A DNA stretch of 64,000 bases from an uncultured Acidobacteriota bacterium. Lineage in GTDB: Bacteria > Acidobacteriota > Vicinamibacteria > Vicinamibacterales > 2-12-FULL-66-21. The stretch lies in contig CAWIAX010000003.1 in NCBI GenBank assembly GCA_963834305.1, forward strand, positions 133,648 to 197,647, given 5' to 3'. This document shows, piece after piece, positions 17,512-28,100 of this stretch. The translations under genes and the position numbers were made by a program. Within the stretch, counting starts at the first letter, position 1, and each line of letters opens with the position of its first letter. A model generated the notes under the pieces. The model saw only the letters and a list, made by a program, of their open reading frames with translations, had not been told where the DNA came from and did no database searches.

Positions 17512-19941
17512 ATGGCCAAGAACATTGTGCTGCTCTCCGACGGCACCGGCAACAGCTCCGCCCAGCTGATGAAGACCAACGTCTGGCGCGTGTACGAAGC
17601 GCTTCAGCTCACGGATCCCAGCCGGCAGGTCGCCTGTTACGACGATGGGGTGGGGACCTCCTCGTTCAAGCCGCTGGCGCTGGCCGGCGGCGCGTTTGGC
17701 GTCGGGCTCCGGCGCAACGTCCTGCGCCTCTACCGGTTCCTCTGCGAACACTACGACCCGGGCGATCGGATCTATCTCTTCGGATTCAGCCGTGGCGCCT
17801 TCACCATCCGCGTCCTGGTCGGCCTGATCTGTGAGCAGGGGATCATCAAGACGCGCCCGACCCTGCCGGTGGCGGGGGCCAGCGAGATGTCGCTCGAGGG
17901 AGTACCGGCGCGGCTGCGTCAGGCGGTCCAGGGAGCTACCGCGGTGGCGGATCCCCCGGTGTCGTTCGACGGGCTGACGTTCGGCAGCGAGCTCGCCCGG
18001 CTGTCGAGCTGGGCGTACCGCGACTTCCGCAGGGGCTTCAACCAGACCGGCGGACTCGTGACCGCGGCCCGCGCGGCGCGCGACCTGGCCCTCCGCACTG
18101 CCGAGGGCGCCAGGGGGCTGCCGCCCTACGACAAGAGCAGGAATCACGAGGTCGAGGCAATCGACTTCGTTGGCGTCTGGGACACCGTGGACGCCTACGG
18201 CCTGCCGGTCGACGAACTCACGAGCGGCATCGACCACTGGGTCTGGCCGCTCTCCATGCCCGACCTGTCGCTCAGCCGGAAAGTCGTCCGCGCGTGTCAC
18301 GTGCTGGCGCTGGACGACGAGCGCAACACGTTCCACCCGGTGCTGTGGGACGAGGCGCACGAGGAGCGGGAGCACCTGGCCGCCACGCACACGCGCGACG
18401 AGCGCATCTCGCAGGTGTGGTTCGCGGGGATGCACTCCAATGTCGGCGGCGGGTATCCGGACGACGCGCTGTCCTACGTGTCGCTGCAATGGATGACCGA
18501 CCAGGCGACCGACCGCCAGCGCGGCATGCAGCTGCTGTTCGTGCCGGAACTGCTCGAGCACCACACGAAGAAGGCGGATCCGTTCGGCCGGGTCTACGAC
18601 TCGCGCCAGGGGTTGAAGGGCTACTACCGCTACAACCCGCGGCGCATCGCCTGGCTGACCAACGGCCAGACGCACGAGCGCGGCCTGGCACACCCGACCG
18701 TCACCATCCCCCGGCCGAAGATCCACGAAAGCGTGTTCCGGCGGATCGCGGCGGCGCCCGAGGCCTACGCGCCCATCGTCCTCCCTCGCGAATACGCCGT
18801 CGTCATGGACGATGGGCAGGGGGCCGCCCACCCGGGGAACGGGCGCATCGTGCACGGAGAAGGCAACCCCTACGAATCGGCGGCCGCGGCGGCGCGGCGT
18901 GTTGCCGCGCAGGAGGCCGCATGGGATCTGGTGTGGCAGCGGCGGATCGTCTACTTCGCGACGGTGGCGGTGTCGCTCTACCTGCTGCTGCAGCCGCTGC
19001 TCGCGCCGGTGGCGGAAGGCACGAGCGGCGTTCGCCATGCCGGCGCCCGCTTCGTGGGGCTGATTGGATCGTTCCTGCCAGCGCTGGCGGCCCCCTGGAT
19101 CAGGTATTACGAGGCGCATCCAGTCGCGCTCTTCGTCGGGCTCGGGATCGTGCTGCTGCTGATGAAGCGGGGGCGCTCGCTGCAGGCGGCGATCTGCCAG
19201 AAGATGCGCGGCATCTGGTTGAGGGTGGTGCCGCCGGCGCGCGAGGAGTGGCAGGCGCTCGCCGGGTCGGAGAGCCGGCTCACGACGCTGCGGAACAGCC
19301 CCGCCTACCAGCTGGCGTTTGCCGTGCTGCGGCGCAGGGTGCTGCCGAACGTGTTCGGCCTGCTGGTGCTCGTGCTCCTCGCGGCCGTGGTGAATCGCGG
19401 CCTGTTCGAGGCCGCGCAGAGCGCCGGATTGTGGGGATGCCGCGCCAGCCGGAACGCGGCCAGCCCGCTGTCGGCCACCCCGCGCGTGGTAGCGCTGGAC
19501 AGCGGTGACTTCTGCGTCCCGACCGGCATTCTTCTCGAGGGCGGGGCACGGTATCGGCTGGAGTTCGCCAGCGGCCTTCCGGCTGACTGGAACGACGGCG
19601 GCAATGTGGCGGTCAGCTCGCCCGCGGGGGTCGATGCCGGCACGCCCGGACTGAATCTCCTGCAGCGGACGGTCTATACCGCGGGCCTGCCCTTCAAGCG
19701 TCTGTGGGGCACGGACTTCTTCGTGCCGGTCGCGCGAATCGGTGTGGGGGGCCTGGACAACTACGCGCTGACGCAGCGGCAGACCGAGATGACCGCGCAG
19801 ACGAGCGGGGAGCTGTTCCTGTTCGTCAACGACGCGATCGCGCCGCTGAGCGTCCGGCCGTTCTGTCTCGGCTGGGCGGCGTACTACACGAACAACCTCG
19901 GGGTGGCCGAGGTCACGGTAACGAAGGTGCCCGCCCGCTAG
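17512..19941 (+). CDS. DUF2235 (Tle1-like alpha/beta hydrolase) fused to TM helices and a C-terminal beta-rich domain
   Basis: The N-terminus has LLSDGTGNS, the GFSRGA nucleophile elbow, WDTVDAYG and FAGMHSNVGGGY, typical of DUF2235. About four hydrophobic helices span residues ~480-640. A C-terminal ~170-aa domain follows, with ...FLFVNDA...YTNNLGVAEVTVTKV. Confidence 0.85.
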   Translation: MAKNIVLLSDGTGNSSAQLMKTNVWRVYEALQLTDPSRQVACYDDGVGTSSFKPLALAGGAFGVGLRRNVLRLYRFLCEHYDPGDRIYLFGFSRGAFTIRVLVGLICEQGIIKTRPTLPVAGASEMSLEGVPARLRQAVQGATAVADPPVSFDGLTFGSELARLSSWAYRDFRRGFNQTGGLVTAARAARDLALRTAEGARGLPPYDKSRNHEVEAIDFVGVWDTVDAYGLPVDELTSGIDHWVWPLSMPDLSLSRKVVRACHVLALDDERNTFHPVLWDEAHEEREHLAATHTRDERISQVWFAGMHSNVGGGYPDDALSYVSLQWMTDQATDRQRGMQLLFVPELLEHHTKKADPFGRVYDSRQGLKGYYRYNPRRIAWLTNGQTHERGLAHPTVTIPRPKIHESVFRRIAAAPEAYAPIVLPREYAVVMDDGQGAAHPGNGRIVHGEGNPYESAAAAARRVAAQEAAWDLVWQRRIVYFATVAVSLYLLLQPLLAPVAEGTSGVRHAGARFVGLIGSFLPALAAPWIRYYEAHPVALFVGLGIVLLLMKRGRSLQAAICQKMRGIWLRVVPPAREEWQALAGSESRLTTLRNSPAYQLAFAVLRRRVLPNVFGLLVLVLLAAVVNRGLFEAAQSAGLWGCRASRNAASPLSATPRVVALDSGDFCVPTGILLEGGARYRLEFASGLPADWNDGGNVAVSSPAGVDAGTPGLNLLQRTVYTAGLPFKRLWGTDFFVPVARIGVGGLDNYALTQRQTEMTAQTSGELFLFVNDAIAPLSVRPFCLGWAAYYTNNLGVAEVTVTKVPAR

Positions 19942-20058
19942 GTTGGACCTCGCTGCGCCCTCGTCCGCTCAGGCTTGGAAGTTGACAATCGGCGCAATCC
20001 GAAGACCATTACGTGACGCTGATGTCCGGATGGCTGTCACATGACAAGGGAGCGAACG

Positions 20059-21198
20059 ATGCTGAGCAGACGTGACTTCGGGAAGCTGGCCCTCGCGAGC
20101 GCGCCTGCGGCGGCGATGCTGGGTGGCAGCGACTTCTTCACCGCCTTTGCCCAGGGCAAGCCCGACTCGAAGATCGCGGGGGTGCAGATCGGGACGATCA
20201 CCTACAGCTTCCGGAGCATGCCCGACCAGAGCGCCGAGGGCACGCTGAAGTACATCCTCGAGTCGGGTCTCAGCGCGGTGGAGCTGATGGGCGGCCCGAT
20301 CGAGAGCTTTGCCGGCATCCCGGCCGCGGCTGGCGGCGGTGGCGGCGGACGCGGTCCGGCAGGTCCCGCCGGAGGCGGACGCGGACCGGCGGGAGCACGG
20401 GGCGTCATGCCCACTGAACTGCCGCCCGGCGCCACGCGCGGCTCCTGGGCGGGGCAGGACTGCGTCGTGCCGGCACCGGCGGGGGCGGCACGCGGCGGCG
20501 GCGCCGGCCGTGGACGCGGCGGGCCCAACCCCGAACAGCTGGCGGCACAGCAGGAGCAGGCGGCCAAGGTCAAGGCCTGGCGCACCAGCGTCTCGATGGA
20601 CGCCTTCAAAAAGCTGCGCAAGATGTACAACGACGCCGGCGTGACCATCTACGCCACCAAGATGCTCAACGCGAACATGTCGGACGAGGAGTTCGAGTAC
20701 GTCTTCAACGTGGCCGAGGCGCTCGGCGCCACGCACACCACGCTCGAACTGCCGACCGACGACGCCCAGCTCAAGCGGATCGGGGACTACGCGATGAAGC
20801 GGAAGATCTACGCCGCGTATCACACCCATACCCAGGGCAACATGACCGCCTTCGACAAGGCCTTCGCGCTGTCGAACGGCAACCAGGCGAACGTCGATTT
20901 CGGCCATTGGGTGGCCGCCGGCAACGTCGGCGGCACGCCGATGCAGTTCCTCGAGAAGCACCACGCCCGCATCGCCAGCTTCCATCTCAAGGATCGGACC
21001 ACGCCGGAGCATTGCGCGCTGAACCTGCCGTGGGGCACGGGAGAGACGCCGATCAAGCCGATCCTGCAGCTGGTCAGCAGGAACAAGTGGGCCATCCCGG
21101 CGTCGATCGAGCTCGAATACACGGTGCCGGAAGGCTCGGATGCGGTCAAGGAAGTGCGGAAGTGCGTCGAGTACTGCCGGACGGCACTGACGGCGTGA
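20059..21198 (+). CDS. Sugar phosphate isomerase/epimerase-like TIM-barrel protein, Tat signal, with Gly/Arg-rich inserts
   Basis: The ATG at 20059 lies 6 nt after AGGGAG. There is a Tat motif (SRRDFGK). The TIM-barrel family signature is in the C-terminal half (HTTLELP..., FHLKD..., IELEY). Two GGRG-rich inserts are present. Confidence 0.85.
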   Translation: MLSRRDFGKLALASAPAAAMLGGSDFFTAFAQGKPDSKIAGVQIGTITYSFRSMPDQSAEGTLKYILESGLSAVELMGGPIESFAGIPAAAGGGGGGRGPAGPAGGGRGPAGARGVMPTELPPGATRGSWAGQDCVVPAPAGAARGGGAGRGRGGPNPEQLAAQQEQAAKVKAWRTSVSMDAFKKLRKMYNDAGVTIYATKMLNANMSDEEFEYVFNVAEALGATHTTLELPTDDAQLKRIGDYAMKRKIYAAYHTHTQGNMTAFDKAFALSNGNQANVDFGHWVAAGNVGGTPMQFLEKHHARIASFHLKDRTTPEHCALNLPWGTGETPIKPILQLVSRNKWAIPASIELEYTVPEGSDAVKEVRKCVEYCRTALTA

Positions 21199-21251
21199 AC
21201 CTTTCGTGGCGTCCGCCTGTAGCGGAGCGCACCGTGTGTCGAGGTCGATGA

Positions 21252-22178
21252 ATGCGCATCGAGAAAACACTGGCCCTTGCCGCCGTTGTCTGGGCGGTCT
21301 CACTCGGCGCGGCGGGGCCCTCCGCCCAGGACCCCGCGCCGCCGGCGCAGGGCGGGCGGGGCCGCCAGGGAGGCGCCGGCCCGGTTGGGGGCGGAGGCGG
21401 GCGTGGACCGAACTACCCGCAGCAGCAGCGGCCGCTCGCCGACGCGGCGGTGCTGGCGCGCGGCAAGGGGATCTATGAGGCGAACTGCGCCGCCTGCCAC
21501 GGCATCGACCTGCGCGGCGGGCAGCAGGGAGGCCCCAACCTGCTGCGCTCGCAGACCGTGCTCAGCGACAAGTCCGGCGAGCTGATCCTCCCCATCGTCC
21601 AGGCTGGCCGGCCCACCCCCCCCTCCGGCGCCGTGCCGATGCCGGCCTTCGCGCTCCCGCCGGAAGACGTCAAAGCGATTGCCGAATACATCCACAGCGT
21701 GCTCGCGCGGGCCGGGCGGCAGGGGCGGCCGCCGGAAGGGGACGTCGTGGCACCGGAACAGATCCTCGTCGGCAACCGCGCCGCCGGACAGGCCTACTTC
21801 GCGGCATCGTGCGCGACCTGCCATGCGGAGGCCGCCATGAAGGGGCTGGCAGCCCGCGTCGCCGACGCGCGCGAGCTGCAGAACCTCTGGGTCTCCGGCG
21901 GCGGCGGTGGCCGCGGCGGCCGCGGCGCCGCAGGACGGTCCGCGACGGCGACGGTCACGCCGGCAGCCGGTCCCCGCGTCGAGGGACGCCTGGTGCGGAT
22001 GGACGACTTCTTTGTCGTGCTCATGCAGGAGGACGGCGCGCGCCGGACTTTCGTGCGCAAGGGGGGCGACCCGAAGGTGGACGTGCGCGACCCTGCCGAC
22101 GCCCATCGCGCCCTGGTGCCGGGCCTGGCCGAGAGGGACATGCACAACGTGACCGCCTATCTCTGGTCACTGAAGTAG
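21252..22178 (+). CDS. Di-haem c-type cytochrome, secreted
   Basis: It has a signal peptide, two CxxCH motifs (CAACH, CATCH) and Gly/Arg-rich segments. Confidence 0.85.
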   Translation: MRIEKTLALAAVVWAVSLGAAGPSAQDPAPPAQGGRGRQGGAGPVGGGGGRGPNYPQQQRPLADAAVLARGKGIYEANCAACHGIDLRGGQQGGPNLLRSQTVLSDKSGELILPIVQAGRPTPPSGAVPMPAFALPPEDVKAIAEYIHSVLARAGRQGRPPEGDVVAPEQILVGNRAAGQAYFAASCATCHAEAAMKGLAARVADARELQNLWVSGGGGGRGGRGAAGRSATATVTPAAGPRVEGRLVRMDDFFVVLMQEDGARRTFVRKGGDPKVDVRDPADAHRALVPGLAERDMHNVTAYLWSLK

Positions 22179-22210
22179 TTCCGCGCGTCCCTTGCTGGAG
22201 TCTTCTCCCG

Positions 22211-23913
22211 ATGCTGAGAAAACTGATCCTCCTGACGTCGCTGGCCGCCGCGCCGGTACTGCTCGCCGCGCAGCAGCCGCCGGGACTCGATCCGGCGGCG
22301 CTGCTGAAGCCGCTCGGTGAGACCTGGCCGACCTATTCGGGCGATTACACCGGCCGCCGCTACAGCTCGCTGACGCAGGTCAACCAGTCCACCGTCAAGA
22401 ACCTCGGGCTCGCCTGGATTTCGCGCGGCTTCGTGCAGGGCTCGGGGCCGGCCGGCCGGGCCGGCGGCGCAGGTCCCGCCGGCGGCGGGGGCGGCGGACG
22501 CGGCGGTGGCGGGGGGAGGTGCCGCTGATCGTCGCCGGCGAAGCCACCGGCGAGTACAACAGCGGCGGGCCGGCGCAGATTCGCGGATCGATCCTGATGG
22601 TCGACGGCATCCTTTATCCCACGTCGCCCGACAACCTGTGGGCCGTCGATGCCCGCGACGGCACCATCCTGTGGCACTTCTACTGGAAGACCCGCGGCGG
22701 CACGCACACCGGGCACCGCGGCGTCGGCATGTGGCGCAACTTCCTGTTCATGGAGACCCACGACAACTACCTGGTGAAGATCGACGCGCGCACCGGCAAG
22801 GAAGTGTGGCACGTCGAGATCGCGCCGTTCGAGCAGCAGTACTTCTCGTCGATGGCCCCCGTCATCATCGGCAACCACGTCATCGCCGGCACCGGCAACG
22901 ACCTCGACGCGCCCGGCTACCTCCAGTCCTTCGATCCGGAGACCGGCAAGCGGCAGTGGATTTTCTATACCGTGCCTATGAATCCCGGCGATCCCGGCCT
23001 GGAGACCTGGCCCAGCCTCGAGGCGGCGCGCCACGGCGGCGGGATGCCGTGGGTGCCCGGCGTCTACGATCCCGAGACCAATCTCTATATCTTCGGCACC
23101 GGTAACCCGACGCCCGCCTACACGCTGGCAGGGCGCGGCACCGGGCCGGGCCTGTTCACCTGTTCGCTGATCGCCGTCAACGTCGATACCGGCAAGATGG
23201 CGTGGTACTACCAGACGTCGCCGCGCGACATGCACGACTGGGACTCGGCCCAGACCCCCATCCTGGTCGACGGCGTCGTCGCCGGCACCCGGCGCAAGCT
23301 GGTCTCGACCGCAGCGCGCAACGGCTACTTCTTCACCGTCGATCGGGTGACCGGCGAGTACGTCGCCAGCGGCAAGTTCGGCACGCTGTCGAACTGGGCG
23401 AGCGGGCTCGATCAACAGGGGCGGCCGGTGCTGAATCCCGAGAAGGTCGCCACCATCCCCGGCGCGATCGTTTCCGGCAGCGCGACCAACTGGCCGCCGC
23501 CCGCCTATTCGCCCGACACCGGGCTGTTCTACGTCCCGGAGAACAACCAGCTCTCCATCGCCTACCTGATCGATGCCGACCCGCGCGGCTCGATGGGCCT
23601 GGGCGGCCGGACGATGGGCGGCGGGATTTCGGGGCGCAGCTTCATCACCGCGATCGATCCAAAGACCGCGACGATTGCCTGGCGGCACAAGCTGTCGGGG
23701 GGCGCCACCGGCATGCTGACCACCGCCGGGCGGCTGCTCTTTGCCGGCGACGGCAGCGGCAACTTCGTCGCGTTCGATCCCGCCAACGGCAATCCGCTCT
23801 GGCACTCGCGGACCGGCACCGTCTCGAACGCGCCGCAGACCTACATGCTCGACGGCAGGCAGTACGTGCTGGTGGCCGCCGGCGACGCGCTGATGGCCTA
23901 CGCGCTGTATTAG
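22211..23913 (+). pseudogene. PQQ-dependent dehydrogenase (quinoprotein, methanol/ethanol family-like), frameshifted in a G-run
   Basis: MLRKLILL...LGLAWISRGF...GGGGGRGGGGG reads into a stop at 22528. The propeller continues in another frame from about 22516 (EVPLIVAGEATGEYNSGGPAQIRGSILMVDGILY...WHSRTGTVSNAPQTYMLDGRQYVLV). The junction is the gggggg run at 22511-22516. Confidence 0.8.
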
Positions 23914-23946
23914 GCGCGATGGGCGCCGGGCGCGCCCTCGCCGTTT

Positions 23947-25110
23947 TTAGAGCGGTTCAGTGCCTTCGCCCAGGATGGCCAGGTATCGGTCATGCGCGAA
24001 GACCCTGTTCCGACGGAATCCAGTCAATTCCCGCACCAGACCGATGTTCATGAGCGCTGTCATTCCCTTGGCTGACGTGGGGAACGAGAGGCCCGTACGC
24101 CGGGAGACCTCATTCAGCGTGCTCACTGGTCGCTCGTGCAGCGACTGCAGCACCCGGAGCATCGTCGTCCCCGCCCGCCCGGCCGCCTGTACTCGTGCCG
24201 TGTCCTCTTTGAAGAGCGCAACGATCCGCTGCGCTGTCTCGACGGCGCCGGCTGCCGTAGTCTCGACGCCTTCGAGAAAGAAGTCGAGCCATGATTCCCA
24301 ATCGCCGGCCGCTCGAACGCGATCCAGCAGCCGATAGTATTCGTCTCGATGCTGCTTGAAATACAGGCTCAAATAGAGCAATGGCTGCTGCAGGATGCCA
24401 GCGTCATGCAGCAGCAGCGGTATGAGCAGCCGCCCGATACGACCGTTTCCGTCGAGGAACGGATGGATCGTTTCGAACTGCACGTGGGCAAGGGCGGCAG
24501 TTATCAGCACGGGATATTGCGATGCCGGCTCGTGAAACGCACCCTCGAGCGCGCACATCAAGTCATCGACGAGCAAGGGCGGTGGCGGCACGAAGTGCGC
24601 CTTGCCGGGCCTGGTGCCGCCGATCCAGTTCTGCGATCGCCGGAACTGGCCCGGTTGCTTCTCGCTGCCGCGCCCGCGCGCGAGCAATTGCTCGTGCATT
24701 TCGCGGATCAGGCGATTCGACAGGGGGAAACCGGCGCGGAGCCGGCCCATGCCGTGCTCCAGCGCGGCGACGTAGTTCGATACCTCCACGACGTCGTCGA
24801 ACGGCACGCCGGGTGCCCCTTCAAGCTCGAAGAGCAGAAGGTCGGACAGGGAGGATTGGGTCCCCTCGATTTGCGATGAGAGCACGGCCTCGCGTCGCAC
24901 GTAGGCGTACAGGAAGAGCTGCGAATCCGGCAGAAGCGTGGTGATGCTGTCGAGCCGGCCGAGCGCGAGGATGGCCCGTTCCAGCAGGCGTTGCCGACCG
25001 CCGCTCAGCTCGACGGGCGGCTGCGGAGGCAGCGGGTTCGGCACAAACGCGCGGACCTCTTCGCCGCCAGCCCGTGTGACGTCGAATCGTCCGGTGGGCC
25101 CTCGCTCCAT
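23947..25110 (-). CDS. Fic family protein (AMPylase-type), class II with N-terminal inhibitory helix, C-terminal wHTH
   Basis: It has the canonical Fic motif HPFLDGNGRIGR. An N-terminal SSQIEG matches the (S/T)xxxE(G/N) autoinhibition motif. The N-terminus has AFVPNPLPP, typical of Fic_N. Confidence 0.9.
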   Translation of the reverse strand: MERGPTGRFDVTRAGGEEVRAFVPNPLPPQPPVELSGGRQRLLERAILALGRLDSITTLLPDSQLFLYAYVRREAVLSSQIEGTQSSLSDLLLFELEGAPGVPFDDVVEVSNYVAALEHGMGRLRAGFPLSNRLIREMHEQLLARGRGSEKQPGQFRRSQNWIGGTRPGKAHFVPPPPLLVDDLMCALEGAFHEPASQYPVLITAALAHVQFETIHPFLDGNGRIGRLLIPLLLHDAGILQQPLLYLSLYFKQHRDEYYRLLDRVRAAGDWESWLDFFLEGVETTAAGAVETAQRIVALFKEDTARVQAAGRAGTTMLRVLQSLHERPVSTLNEVSRRTGLSFPTSAKGMTALMNIGLVRELTGFRRNRVFAHDRYLAILGEGTEPL

Positions 25111-25197
25111 TCAGCCTGTCTTTACCAGTGGTTTAATAAGGCGACGTCTATTTAAGGATTCGCCTCTTTACTTTAACATGGTAGCGATCCGGGCGGC
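25111..25197. promoter_or_regulatory. AT-rich divergent intergenic region between the Fic and restriction-enzyme genes
   Basis: The sequence ...ctttaccagtggtttaataaggcgacgtctatttaaggattcgcctctttactttaacatggtagc... is far more A/T-rich than any coding region nearby. It probably holds both promoters. Confidence 0.5.
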
Positions 25198-28100
25198 TTG
25201 GGTCTCAGCAGGCGCCCAAATGCTGCGGGTGGGCATGTGTCCGAACTGATTCCCGGGCTGTACGAGCAGCTTCTCACAGTCGAGCTTCAGCGGCTTGTTT
25301 CGGCGCTCGAGGCTGGTCGAGCTGATGTTGGCTTGCCAGGGGCAGCCGACGCGCACATCGCGGTCGCCGACCACCTGCGTCGCCTTCTCGAGCGCGCCCT
25401 GCATGCCGTGCCGGAGGAAGAGCGGCTCATACGGCAGGCGGAAATCTGCAACGCGCTTCTGGGGTGGTTGAGAGCGGAGCAACGATCGGCCTCGGTCGAG
25501 CCCGACGACGCGCTAGTCGTTCCATTGACCGTTCTGCGTGAGGTTCGGGCGCTCACCCGGGGCGCTGCGCCGTCCGGAACCACCCCCCAGCCACTGGTTC
25601 CCCTGTCCGCCGCCGATCTGCTGGTGAACGCCCGCGGCGAGCCGTCCGTCGGGGCCGCCATCGAGCGGGAGATTCACTCCGCCGATCGCATTGACCTGTT
25701 GTGCGCGTTCATCCGTTGGAACGGCCTTCGAACGCTCCGGCCGGCTGTGGAAGGCCATCGCCAGGCGGGACGGCCGCTCCGCGTTATCACCACCGTGTAC
25801 ACCGGGTCTACGGAGCGGCGCGCGCTCGACTGGCTCACCTCCATCGGCGCCGAGGTGAGAGTGTCGTACGACACGCGGACCACGAGGCTGCACGCGAAGG
25901 CGTGGCTCTTCGAGCGACTCACCGGGTTCTCGACGGCGTTCATCGGTTCATCGAATCTGACGCATAGCGCCCTGCTGGACGGGGTCGAGTGGAACGTGCG
26001 TCTTGCGCAGGCGTCGACACCGGATCTGATTGAGAAGTTCAAGGCCGCATTCGAGAGCTACTGGGCCGATCCCGACTACGAGCCGTACGATCCCGCGCGC
26101 GACGCCGACCGGTTTGATCGCGCAGTGCGGGCAACCGTCGCCCCGGATCCGTCGCAGAACTTCCACTTCGACCTGCAACCCTGGCCGTTCCAGCGCGAGA
26201 TGCTGCAGCGCCTGGACACCGAGCGGGAACGGCATCTTCGGTATCGCAATCTCGTGGTGGCCGCGACCGGCACCGGCAAGACGCTGGTGGCGGCATTCGA
26301 CTACCGTCGCCTTCGGCAGCGTTTACAGAATCCAAGCCTGCTGTTCGTTGCGCACCGTCGCGAGATCCTGGCGCAGAGCCTGAGCGCCTACCGAGCCGTC
26401 CTCCGCGACGGCTCATTCGGCGAACTGCTCGTCGACGGCCAGCGGCCCGAGCAAGGACGACACGTCTTCGCATCAGTGCAGTCGCTGGCGCAAATCGATC
26501 TGGCGGACATCGCGCCGGACGCGTTCGACGTGGTGGTCGTTGACGAGTTCCACCACGCCGCCGCGCCCACGTACGAGCGCCTGTTGAACCACCTGACGCC
26601 GCGGATTCTGCTGGGCCTGACCGCCACCCCTGAGCGCACCGATGGCCGCAGTGTGCTGGAGTGGTTCGATGGTCGAATCGCTGTCGAACTGCGCCTCTGG
26701 GATGCGCTGGACCGTGGACTACTGAGCCCGTTCCAGTATTTCGGTCTGCATGATGGGATCGACCTGTCGCACGTCCAGTGGTCCCGCCGCGGCTACGACG
26801 TCGTTGCGCTGGAGAAGGTCTACACCGGAGACCAGGCCCGCGTCTCGCTTGTCGTTCAGGCCATACAGGACAAGATCGCCAATCCGGCGGCCATGCGGGC
26901 ACTGGGTTTCTGCGTCAGCGTCGCACACGCTCAGTTCATGGCCCGGGAGTTCACACGCCGCGGCCTTCCGTCGGTGGCGGTCTCCGCGGAGACCTCCGGC
27001 GCGGAACGTGAAGCTGCACTCCGCGGCCTGCGCGACCGGCGAGTCAACATGGTGTTCTGCGTCGATCTCTTCAACGAGGGTGTCGACGTGCCGGAAGTCG
27101 ACACTGTCCTGTTCCTCCGGCCAACTGAAAGCGCGCTTATCTTTCTGCAGCAGCTCGGTCGCGGCCTGCGACGCGCAGAGGGCAAGGACTGCCTGACTGT
27201 GCTGGACTTCATCGGCGGTGCGAATCGCCGGTTTCGATTCGACCTGCGGTTCCGCGCGCTGCTCGGCGGCCACCGCTCAGACATCATTCGACAGGTCGAG
27301 GAAGGCTTTCCGCGGTTGCCGTCCGGCTGCGCGATTCAGCTGGATCGAGTCGCGTCCAAGGTCGTGCTGGACAACGTCAAGGGAAGCCTCGGTTCCAGCT
27401 TTGCAGGTCTCGTCGCGGAGCTCCGCGCCATGGCTGATGGAAGGCGACGAGCCGGGGGCGATCCGGCGGGCATCACGCTCGCCGGGTTCTTGCGTGATGC
27501 AGCCTTGGATGTCGACGATCTGTATCGGTCCGCCGGATGGACCTGGTCGCGGCTGCGCCGTGAGGCTGGCCTCCCGACCGCGCCCGAGGGACCCGACGAG
27601 GCTCATGTTGCGCGCGCCATTCCGCGGCTTCTGCACCTCGACGACCCGGAGCGTCTTGCGCTGTACAAGCATGCCGTCGCTGGCGAACTCCCGGCCGAGG
27701 CCCTCGACCCGAATACCTTTTCCGGACGAGCGCTGATGGGGTTGCACTTCGCGATCTGGGGACCGGCCTCCACGCTTCCGTCGCTGCGAGAGTCGATGGA
27801 CCGGTTGCGACGACACCGCGCCCTCGCCGGCGAACTAGGCGAGCTGTTCGATCTGCTCGAAGAGCAAGCCGAACACGTCTCGGAGCCGCTGGAACGCCAC
27901 ATGCAGTGGCAGCACAGGATCCCGCTTTCCGTCCATTCGCGCGCGTCGCTCGACGAGATTCTTGCCGCCTTTGGACGAATGACGTTCGAGCGTCGAAACC
28001 GGCTACGCCAGGGCGTCGATTTCGATCTGGTCACTCAGAGCGATCTGTTCTTCGTAACCCTGGAGAAGGCCGAAGGCCACTACTCGCCAACGACGATGTA

